Below are positions 39,801-51,800 of a stretch of DNA of 64,000 bases, one piece after another. The stretch is from assembly GCA_977017645.1 (NCBI GenBank), contig OZ360224.1:177692001-177756000 (forward strand). The letters are read 5' to 3'. Both the position numbers and the translations under genes were made by a program. Origin of the DNA: Torpedo marmorata (Eukaryota). The notes beneath the pieces are model-generated. The model saw nothing but the letters and a program-made list of their open reading frames with translations, was not told the origin of the DNA and did no database searches. The stretch's first letter is position 1, and each line of letters begins with the position of its first letter.

Positions 39801-42800
39801 ACTCTGTGATATGAATGAGGCAATATATGGGATACAGTGCAACGCAGCAGGAGATGGCTGTTTCACTTGCCTCTGGGGAAACGTAATGGGTGGATAAAGA
39901 TAAATGGGCACCAGTGACTGCAGCTGACTCAACTCCCAGCACTCTCTTTAACAAGATTATCGTTACATTTCTAATCAGTTAAACCTCCTCTTCCCTGTCC
40001 TAACTGCCACTAATGAAAAAGGGAGGCCTTACAAAAACCCTTTATACACACAAATGATGGAAAAACTTAATCTGAACCAGGAGAGCTTTGCTATAATGTC
40101 AGATGTTCAGGTGCAGACAAGTGTTAGAAAATAATTTTTGCACACTATGACAGGTGACACAGTTATAGATTAAAGTGAAATCCTGAAGGTTAGTGGAACA
40201 TGAAGATAATATTATTGAATTGATCGACAGAAAATAAAAACAATGATCACTTGAACTAAAAGTGTGCACCCCAAAATTAACCTTAGAAAAGAAAAATCCT
40301 CCATTAATTACATACAAATTACATACAAATCAATTTTTTTTAAAACTGCTGGATATCCAAGAACAGGAGAGCAAGATTCTACCAAATAATTATTCTGGTC
40401 ATAGATGACATGTATTTATCCTTCCACCACCCATAAAAGCACAGAATATACTCTAAATTAATGCTCCCTTACACTGAACTTGGCCTCTCTCAGTTATCAA
40501 ACTGATTTTCTTCCAATGGCTAAACATTCAATTCAAATCTTTTTTTACTGTGTGATTCTAAAACCTCATTGTGTCATTAAGTTTGTGCAATCCAAACGGG
40601 TGTTCAAATTAATGAGAATCTAGCCATCTTCATTTTTTTCGGATATGGAGGGCTACAGTTCAAGGATAGTATGGCACAATATGATTCGACCACATTACTT
40701 AAATTTAACTTTTTTTAATATTTACAGCATGGTAAAAGCCGATTCTGGCCATTTAAACCCATGCCTAATTACACCCAAATTAACCTACAACCTCGTATGT
40801 TTTGAAGGTGAGAGGAAACTGGGGCACTCGGAGGAAACCCATGCAGACACGGAGAGAACGTACAAACTCCTTACAGACAGCGACCAGATTCGAACCCGGG
40901 TCGCTGGTGCTGTAATAGCGTTGCGGTAACCGCCACGCTAACCGTGCCATTGTTTGTGCTGCTGTGATGTAATTAAATATGGCGACACGATTTACATGAT
41001 TTCTTCTACCTTGGATGGCCATTTTGAGGACATGGTCACACATGCATTATATAAAAGGCAAGAATGTCTTCCCAGTTAGGTTTTGCATACAACATGGTTT
41101 TCCTGACCTCCAGAGCTTCCTGCTGTTCCTTGACAACAGACGGATCTATCCCGGGTTCCTCCAGTTCTCGGATCAAGTCCTGAGTATCCTTAATGGTGGC
41201 AATAAGGGCGGAATGGTCGCACCAGAATTTCTCAGCCAGGTCCATCACGTCAAGCAGCTTGGCCTCCCAGTCTTCTGCCCGAGTTTTGATGTCCGCCCAG
41301 TAGAAAACCATTTTGTCCAACTGCTCTTGAACAGCTTAAAGATACGACAACCTCATCAGAAGCAAGTCAATCCAATTACGTTACGATTATGTAATTAGAC
41401 CCGCAATCCAGATGCATGAAGTAACAAACCACATTCATATTCTAGTGCAGAAAATTGTCAATTGAATAGAGTTTTAAAAAACTATTTTCAAATGATGAAA
41501 TGCCAACAGTAAACTTGACAATTCGACCGTGATATTATCATGATGTATTGTCTCCATCAATCGACTCACTAATGCCCAATAAGTATTTCACCAAGACCCA
41601 TCACAGCCCCAGTGAACCATCGGTGAACCAGAGAGCTGAATTGCAGAGGTGAGGTTAGACTGCCCTTCCCATCGTGGCATCTTTTGAACAAGATTGGCAA
41701 TGAGCAGGCCTCATAAAACTCATGTCAAAGGGAAAAGGGAAAATGCTCCATTGTCTGTGGACATTCTTGGCACAAAGGAAGATAGCTCCGCTTGAGGAAG
41801 GCTAATCATCTTAGCTAAGTTGCAGGAGGTTAACAGGGCAGTGTCCTGGCCCCTACAATCCTCAGCTGCTTCGCTTCCATCATAATACCAGAAGTGGAGA
41901 TGTTCACTACAGGTTGCACGGTGTTTGGCTCCATTTGCAATAAGATAACGAAGAAGCAGAAAGACCCGAAGATCTTGAAAGGTGGCTTGTAATGTTTTCA
42001 CCACCGAGTGCCAGGTAATGAACTCCTCCAACAAGACAGCCTACTCATTGCTCCTTGATGTGCACTGTCAAACTCCTCACTGTGGATATCCTCTGAGTCA
42101 CTGTTCATTCAATATTACAGCACAGAAATGGGCTCTTTCAGCCACCTCATCCATCCCAACTCATCCATCTACAAGTAACTGCCCACATGCCTTTTCAACA
42201 CTGTAATTGTATATGCCTCCACTATTTCCTCTGGCAGCTCGTTCCAAATAATCAGTGCGCTGTGCGAAAAATGAACCCCTTCAGATCTCCTTTAAATTTC
42301 TTAAACTTATACCTTCTAGTTATGGACTCCCCTGCCCTGGAAAAATGTCCGTGATCGTCTATGACCCACAATTTTACAACCTCCAACACCCCTCAGCCTC
42401 CTATGTTCCAGTGAAAATAAACCTAGCACATCCAATCTCTTGTAACTACAGTCCCTCCATTCCTGGCAACATCCTGGCGAATCTCTTCTGTACTCTCTCC
42501 GTTGCTCCCACATCATTCCTACAGATTGGCAACCAGAGCTGAACACAATGCTCAAAGTGCAGTCTAACCATGTTTTATACAGCTGCACATGATGTCCCAA
42601 TTGTTATGCTCAGTGCCTTGGCCTATGAAATCAAGCACACCAAAAGCCTTCTTCACTACGCTATCCGCCAGTGTTGCACTTTCAGTGAGCTCGAGACTTG
42701 CACCAGAAGGTTCCCCCAATACATGAACATTCCTAAAATCCCTGCCATTTACTCTCTATGACCTAACAAATTTTGACCTCCCAAAGTGCATTACTTCACC

Positions 42801-45800
42801 CTTGACTGGATCAAATACCACCTGCCACCGCTCTGCCAAATTTCCAGCTGATCTTGTGTCAATAGGAAACTTGCTAATCATATCCCCGACATTCTCACCC
42901 ATGTCATATACATTACAAACAACAAAGGTCCTAGCACTCCTACCTACAGTACACCACATGTTGCAGACTTCCAGTCAGAGGAACATCATGCAGCACTACC
43001 CTCTGTCTCTTATCACAAAGCCAATTTTGGACTAGTTTGTCAACATCCTTCAGATCCCTCGTACACTAACCTCTGGACAAGCCTACCATGCCAGACCTTG
43101 TCAAAAGCCTCAAAGTCCACGTAAACCATGTCTCCCACTCTGCTTTCATCAATTTTCTCAGTTACCTCCTCAAAAAACTCAATCAGATAGTTAGGACACA
43201 ATCTCCCCTGCACAAAGCTATGCTGACTGCTCCTAATTAGCAGCTGTCTTTCCAAGTGAACACAAATCCTGTCCCTCACAGTCTTCTTCAAACAACTTTG
43301 CTGCCACTGACTCAAGGCTCACCAACTCGTAGATTCCACGCTTATCGCTACTTCCGTTATTGAACAAAGGGACAACATTAGCTATTCTCCAGTCTTCTGA
43401 TAACTCACCCATGAATAACGAAGGTGCAAAGGTCTCCATTTGATCCCCAGAAATCTCCTCCCTTGCTTCCCTCCCTTCAGCACTCCAGCCATGGCTTTAT
43501 TTGATTTGGATATGACAGCGTGGGACCACCATAAGTTCACATGGTGCACACCATTGCAACTTAGAGTATATACCGGTATATATTTTTTTTAATTTTAAAT
43601 TTTAGACATACAGCACGGTAACAGGCCATTTTGGCCCACGAGCCCGTGCTGACCAATTACACCTAATTAACCTACAACCCCCGGTACGTTTCGAACGGTG
43701 GGAGGAAACTGGAGCCCCCGGAGGAAACCCAAACAGACACGGGAAGAACGTACAAACTCCTTACAGACAGCGCGGGATTCGAACCCCGGACCTGATCGCC
43801 GGCACTGTAACGGTGTTGCACCAACCGCTACGCCAACCGTGCCGCCCAGTTGCTCCTTCCCTATGTCAGGGAAAACTCTCTACCTAGAACCACCTTCAGC
43901 AGAAGGACTGCAGTGTTTCAAGAAGGTAGCTCACCTCCACCTTCTCAAGGGCAGCTATGATGGGGCAATAAATGTTGGCCTTGCCAACTGATACCCACAA
44001 ATGTACAAAACCAAACCAAATGTACCTTGGCAATCAATTTTCAAATTACTATTCTGATGAATCGAATGTAGATTGAAATCAAAATGCTAAAAGGGGGCCT
44101 TTCTCCCCCACTGAATTACCTTTGGCACAAAAGTCTTTGTCGGTTCCCTCAGAACGCCCAATCAAGTCATCGCCTCGTTGTTTAAGGGTTTCAAATGCTG
44201 GCTGCAGCTTATCCAGTTCCATGGTGACATTTTTGTTTTCACTGATCTGCTCTCGGATTTTCTCTACCTCAGCCGAGATGGAAGGTGGCTGCCTCAGTCG
44301 GATCGCGATGCGTTCCAAAGCCTCGAGCATTGGGCATATTTTGTCATGAAACTGCAAAATAGTCAGACCAACGGGAAGTGGGTTACCACTGGTATAGACC
44401 TCTGAGAACTAACGGTGTTTGCCCCTGTGCTTTCCCCGCCCCCTCTCTCCAACTCCTCATCCACGTCACCACTTTTCCTTCAGTGTTTGCACACTGGGGC
44501 AGCAGGCATTGCTGTCAGCACACAGATCCAGAGCAATGAACAAATGTGCTGAAGAAACTCAGCAGGTCACACAGCAATTAAAGGGAAACCTACATTTCGG
44601 GCCTGGGTATGATGAATGGCTCAGGCCGGAAACATTGGTTACCTTTTACTTCCTATGGATGCTGATGGCCTGCGGAGTTTCTCCAGCACATGTGTGTACT
44701 TCACTCGACCCCAGTATCTGCAGCCTTTCTTGTTCAGAATCAGAATTTATTGTCATGAACAAGTCATGAAATTCGGGGTTTTGCGGCAGCATCATAGTGC
44801 AAACATTCATATTATAACCATCTTACGACATTACTATAAAAAATATATATAAATAGTGCACGAAAAGTAAGGCAGTGTCTTTGGTTCATTGATTATTCAG
44901 GAATCTGATGGCAGCGGGGAAGAAGCTGTCCTTGTGCCGTTGAGTGCTCGCCTTTAGGCTCCTGTACCTTTTTCCCGATGGTAGCAGAGTGAAGAGGGCA
45001 TGGCCTGGCCTGGGTGGTGGGGGTCTTTGAGGACAGAAGTTGCTTTTTTAAGACACCGCCTCGTGTAGATGTCCTCAATGGAGTGAAGTCTGGTGCCTGT
45101 GATGTCACAGGCCAAGTTAACAACCCTCTGGAGTTTATTCTTGTCCTGAGAGTTGGCGCCTCCATACCAGGCAGTGATGCAACCAGCCAGAATGCTCTCC
45201 ACGGTACACCTGTAGAAGTTTATGAGAGTTTTCGGTGACATACCGAATCTCCTCAGACACCTCACAAAGTATAGCCGCTGGCGAGCCTTCTTTGTGATTG
45301 CATCAACGTGGAGGCTCCAGGACAGATCCTCGGAGATGTTGACACCCAGGAATTTGAAGTTCTTGACCCTCTCCACTACTGAGCCCTCGATGAGGACTGG
45401 GCCGTGTTACCCTGACTTCCTCCTGAAGTCCACAATCATCTCCTTGGTTTTGCTGACGTTGAGCGCAAGGTTGTTGTCGTTACACCATTCAACGAGCTGA
45501 TCTATCTCCCTCCTGTACACTTCCTCATTGCCGTTTGTGATTCTGCCGTCAACTGTGGTGTCATCGGCAAACTTGTAGATGGCATTGGAATTGTGCCCAG
45601 CCACACAGTCATGGGTGTATAACGAGTAGAGCAGTGGGCTAAGCACGCATCCTTGGGGTGCGCCTGTGTTGATAATAAGTGAGGAGGAGACGTTGTTTCC
45701 AATTCGTACTGACTGTGTTTAACACAGATCCAGAGACCAAGGTTTAACCTCAGCCGCTGCCTATTTGGAGTTTGCACTCTTTCTGCCACCACTTGGCTGT

Positions 45801-48800
45801 CTCCAGTTTCCTCCACATCTCAAAGAGGTGCCGCCAGGTTAAAGGGCCACTGTAACCTGCCTGGCCGTAAATGGCGAAAGAATCAAAGAGTGGAGTTGAT
45901 GGGAGAGTGGAGAGAAAGGTTGCAGAGATTGGAGAGAAAGGTTGCAGAGATAAGAGAGAGGGAAATGGATTTCCAGAATTACTGGACTCCCTCTGCATCA
46001 TAATATGCAATTTAACATCAGAGTTCCTGCATCACCGGATAAGCATCCACATTTTTTTTCTTTTCCGGTAGCTTTGTTCAAAGCATAGCATCTCTTCACA
46101 TCTTGGTGCTGCCTGTGGCCTGAAGACCCAGGCGATAAGGCATTGTTAAATCCATCTCATACCGAAGTTTGCAGAACGCAGTTTCCTCAGCATCTGCCAG
46201 TGAAAGTAGCAAATCAAGACTTGGGCTTGTAGGCATCACTAACCTTGTTAAAGCTTCTTAAAATATTTCAATAGGCCCCCGAATAAATGCAGTAACCAGT
46301 GAGCATGCTCATCTAAACTGTCTGCTCAACACACGGTAAGGGCATGGCATTGACTGATGGAGTAAATTTTCTTAAACCACTTTAACTGCTGGCGACAAAG
46401 CCTTTTTAGGTTGTTGCTTTTATCTTTAACCTTTTCTGTTGCTTTCATTTTGCAATGCTTGCAATTCCAAATGTTGCTTGCAACTACTCAAGAATGGGAA
46501 CTTCCAAGGGTAAAACAAATGGCCCTAAATTTGGAGAGTGAAGAGTGGACCTGAAGGAGACAGTAGACCAACGTAACCATATCTTACATCTTATCAGTAT
46601 TTGCAACGTCATCAGGCACAAATTCATGACCAGGTGGGTACAGGATACACGAGAGAGGAAACTGTCTTCAGTACTTCTGGCCTCAGGATGTCCAAGTAAA
46701 GACTGGTGTCAGCAAGCAACAGCGGATGACAGACAGCCGTTAAGTGGGAACAGGGCAAGCCAGCACTCCCTCCACTGCTACATAAACAGAAATTGGTGGG
46801 AATACTCAGCAGGTGAGCTGTGGACAGAGAATAGTGATGCTGTTGGCAGCTCTTGCACAGGTGAAACATTAATTCTCTCCACGGTTGTTGACGGGACACG
46901 GACAAGAACAGTAACGGCAGCATTTATTGCCTATCCTTCATAGCCCCTGAATTCAGCTACAATCAGTGGGTCTGGTGTCACATGTAGACCGATACAGTCA
47001 GCTCCCTGGCCACCAACACTCCAAACCATGCTCCAGCTAGGCCTCTCTGCTGAGGAGGGAATTTAGTCCATTGCACCTGTGACAGAGTGATGCAGAGTGC
47101 GAGGGTGAGCAAGAGCACTGTGCCGAGCACCAGGGCAGACAGACAAAGCACAGGGCAGGATGGGCAGAGTGCAAGCTGCACTGGCGGGCAGACAGCAGTC
47201 CAGATGCAACTAGATTGGAAGGAGGCTGGGGCTCAGAGCAGAGATGAGGCACGTGAGAAATTGGCGGCTAATACCATACTCAAAGAGGGCGTGTAGTGGA
47301 CAGGATGGGCAGGTGCATGGGAAAGTGAGAGGAAAGACCCATGGTTTCAATTGCGTTTATTTCAATGCAAGAGGCATAACAGATAAGGCAGATGAATCCA
47401 GGGCATGGAATGGCTCGGGAGACTGGGATAATATAGCCGTAACAGGAACGTAGCTGAGAGAGGGGCAAGACTGGCAGCTCAATGTCCCAGGGTACAGATG
47501 CTACAGGTGCGATTGAGGGGCAGGTAAGGGTGGGGAGAGGGGAAATTGCATTTTTGAAAAGGGAAGACATAACAACAGTGCTTAGAGAGGATATTCATGG
47601 GAGATCACCAAGTGAAGCTATATGGGTAGAGCTTAGAAGGGAATGATCTCTTTGATGGGGCTGTATTATAGGCCCTCAAATTTTCAAATGGAATTGGATG
47701 GGCAGATGTGCAGGGAAATTGCAGATAACTGCAAGAATAAAAAAGATAGTATAATTGGGAGATTTTAACTTCCCAAAAGTTGACTGGAACACCCAGAGTA
47801 CAAAGGGTTTGGACAGGGTAGAATTTGTGAACTATGTCCAAGAGAGCTTCCTCGATCAATATATTGAGGGTTTCATTGGAGAGGGCGCAACACTGGAGCC
47901 CCTGTGGGACCTGGATTGGGCAAGTGACTGAGGAAGCACTTTGGGGTACAATAACAACATTCAAAAGATATCTGGACAGATTTATGGATGGGAGGGGCTT
48001 GGAGAGAGACAGATCAAGTGCAGGCAAACGGGACAAGCCCAGAATACCATAATGATCGGCATGGACTGGTTGGGCCAAAGGGCCTGTTCTATGCTGAGAA
48101 CATGAGCAAGATCCAGAGACGAAGACGAAGACACCTGGAAGAACTGGTACAATGCAATTTTGGGGGAGTTAAAAGTAAAAGGGGGCAGTTGAGATGGAAA
48201 ACAAAAATTAAAATAATTTTGATTTTGAAGAAATGGAGGAAAAAAATGAACATCATTCAATGTGATGTACAAGGAATGGGATGACATCAGCTTTTCTCCA
48301 CCTTTGATCCATGGACCTATTGGTTTGTGGGTTTATTATAGGAGGTCCATGGTGATGGAAAATATTACTGATTCTGTAAACAAATAATATGTAAAACAAG
48401 GTTGTAAATTTAACAAAATCTCGCAAAAAAATACCAAAAATCCCGTTGGTGATCTGGGAAGGGGCCCAAGCTCACCAGACCCCTCTCCACCCCCACCCCA
48501 CTGGTGGTCCATGGGTTTGCTGTAGGTGGTCCACAGTAAATAAAGGGAGACAAGGTGGTCTGTGTGCATGGGGGAAAAATGTTGAGAACCACTGGATTAG
48601 ATAACAGAACAGATTCAAACGCACACTGCTTGATTCCAGATATGTGGTGAAACAAGTTGATTTTGCAAGCTTGACAGATTTGAACTAAAACACAGCCTTG
48701 CAGTGAGTAGAAAGCTGTCGTGGGGACACCAACAGCAAAGTCGTATTCCATGACTGGGCAGGCCATACCTGAGTGGACTGGGAAATGGCTTCATCCAGCG

Positions 48801-51800
48801 AGATAGCTCTTTGCTTGACAGCTTCTTTGACCTCGCTGTACAGGGCACCAGCGGCAGTGTACTTCTGCTGAATGGTCAGGCCTTCCCGAGGGCTTAGCTC
48901 CAGTAGCTGAGGTCCAGTCTTGTTCATTTTATCAATGTGGGGCTTGTGTTCAGCTATTAACTCTCGCAGTTGCTGCAACAGAATTAAAAACAACACATTT
49001 CCATTACAAGATCACAAGATGTAGGATCAGAAGTAGGCCCACTGGCCCATCGAGACTGCTCCACCATTCTAATCATGAGCTGATCCATCCACTCACTCAA
49101 CCCCACTCCTCGGCTTTCTCCCCCTAACTCTTGATGCCCTGACTAATCAAATACCTGTCACTCCCTGCCTTAAATACATCCAAAGACCTCGCTTCCACAG
49201 CCGCCTGTGGCAACAAGTTCCACAGACTCACGACCCTCTGACTAAAGAAATTTTTCCGTATCTCTGTTTTAAATTGATGCTCTTTTTCCTAAAATTAAAG
49301 GCTACATATCATGCAAGTTTAAGTATCCAGGCAGAACGTTAGGGCATCTTAAGCTGGAACGTAGGTGTGAGAATAGAAGAGCCCTGCAGCTCAAATGGAG
49401 GTAGTCAAAGATTGACAAAGGGTTCTCCTTTATTACTTGGGGCTCATGGTCACAGTTCAGTTGCTTCATCCCTTGTTTGTGGAGTTTACTGAACTGCCCA
49501 ACTTGTTTGAGCTTCACATGAGCCTCCTTGTTCTTCATCTAAACCCTTTCAGGACTGCCCAATGAAGTACGTTTGAAGTATATTCCCTTTTGCAATGAGG
49601 GAAGCCATTTATTTCTTGCCATCAAGCCTGCTGGATTAGCATCCCTTCAAAAACCCAACAGTTATTCCCTCCTACATGCAGTGACTTGGCCATGTGCATC
49701 TTCCACAAAACACTCCGTCGTTTCTCACCGAGACGACTCCGACAGCATCGCCCAAACTTGCCGCCTCTACGACCAAGAAAGGGGAAAAGGTTTGGGCGCA
49801 GTGGAACTCCACCACCTGCAGGTCACATACCATCATGACTTGGGACTGTATCCTCACTGGGCCTAAACTCTACGGCAGCACCTTCACCAGAAGGACTCCA
49901 GCTCAGCACCACCTTCTCAAGGGCAATGAGGGATAGGCAATAAATGCTGGCCTCAACTCAGCACCAAAGTGTCAGCCTGGACTTGTGCCTAAATCTCCAG
50001 AATAAGAGCAGAATTTGGAAGGAAGGCAAATTCGACGCTTCCCCATAACCTTCTCTTTCTTTCCCCATCATGTACTTACCTCACTTCCCTTGACATACCA
50101 TCTTGCTAATTCACTCAAATTACTAATTGCATGAGGAGCAGTGTACAATTTTCAAAAGGCGAGATGTACATACAACAAATTATTCAGAAAAATAATTGTT
50201 ATTGTTTATTGCGAAGAAAAATGAGCAAGTAAACTGGGAGATTATATTACGGTTATATAGAGCACTGGTGACACCACATCTGGAGTACTGTGTGCAATAG
50301 AGAGACAGTTCAGAGTTTTACTAGATAACTATTGGTGGAGGTGGCTAATCTAGTAAGGTCAGAGCAGGCTTCTGGTTTAGGAGAGTGAGAGGGGACTTGA
50401 TTGAAATAAATAATATCCTGCAAGAGTTGACAGGGTGGTTGCAGACAGGACAATTCCTCTTATGGGGAGAATCTAGAAGTAAGGGGGTCACATTTAAAAT
50501 TTAAGGGTGGTGTTGAAGACAGATGAGGTGAAATCTTTTCTCTCAGAAGGTCAGGAGTATTTGGAATTCTCAAAGATCAGTGGAGGCAGGGGCTTTGAAT
50601 ATTTTGCAACAGAGGCAGACAGGCATAAACAGGCAGGCAGGTTGAAACTGAGTGGAGGTCAGTTAAAATGAGTTGAGCTTACAATCGGATCAACCGTGAT
50701 CTCACTAAATGGCAGAATAGGCACGAGGGGCTGAAAGGCTTCTCCTGTTCTTTATTCATGGAGCCACAGAGTCATACATCACGGAACAGGCCCTTCGGCC
50801 CAACTCGTCCATGCCAACCAAGTTGGTGTTCTGGGCTGGTCCTATTTACCTGTATTTGGTCCTTATCCTTCTAAACTCTTCCTTTCCATAACTCTGTCCA
50901 GATGTTTTATGAACATTGTATTTGTACCCACCTACAGTTTCCCCTGGCAGCTCGTTCCAGATGCGGACCACCCTCTGAGTGAAAAAAACTGCCTCTCAGG
51001 TCGCTCCTAAATCTCTCCCCTCAAACAATTGCACTCTAGTTCTAGAATAATCCATGCTGGAGAAAAAATCCGTGAGCATTCACTTTATCTATGCCCCTCA
51101 TGATTTTATAAACCTCAAGGTCAGCCCTCAGCCTCCTTTGCACTAGCCTATCCAACCTCTCCCTATAACTCAAACCCTCCAGTCCTGGCAACATCCTGGT
51201 GAATCTCCTCTGTACCCCTTCCAACTTATTGTTGTCCTTCCTATAGCTGGGTGACCAGAACTGCACACAGTACTCCAAGTGTGGTCTCATCAACGCATTG
51301 TATAGCTGAATCGCGAGGGTCTGACGTTTGTACTCTATATTCCGCCCAATGAAGGCAAATGTGCCAAATGCCTTCTGCACCACTGACTTAAGTGGCCACT
51401 TTCATGGAAACATGTTCATATGCATTGGTAGAGAGTTCCTCTTTCTTTCCACTCTCTGGATAAAAAGGTTTGTAAGAACTCGAGTAGACCATTTAGCCTT
51501 GAACCTGCTCTGCTATTCAGAGTCTGATTTGTGACTCAAGTTCAAATACTCTAAAATTAACAACTAAGCATCAATTGTCATTTATATCTTGAAAACTTCA
51601 AACAACATTTTAATTAACCAAATTCCACAGAATACAATCTTGGTTTCTTTAACCCACATACACAGATGTCTGCAATATCTTGAGAATTCTTGAATCATAA
51701 GTATATATACAAAAGAAGTAATGTTTACTTTTCAAACATGAGACTATTTGCATAGCAAGTCTGAAGTTGTTGGTGCAAAACTAAATGTTTCAAAGACTGT

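Noticed and set aside
35097-41107. Apparent missing DST exon between QQEALE and LNSTWD
   Set aside because: Found by hand at 37768-37890; it is simply absent from the ORF track.
50072-50150. Perfect minus-strand donor GAG|GTAAGT suggesting a hidden DST exon
   Set aside because: No nearby acceptor gives a phase 0/0 exon, the flanking exons already join seamlessly, and such an 8-mer is expected by chance about twice in 64 kb.
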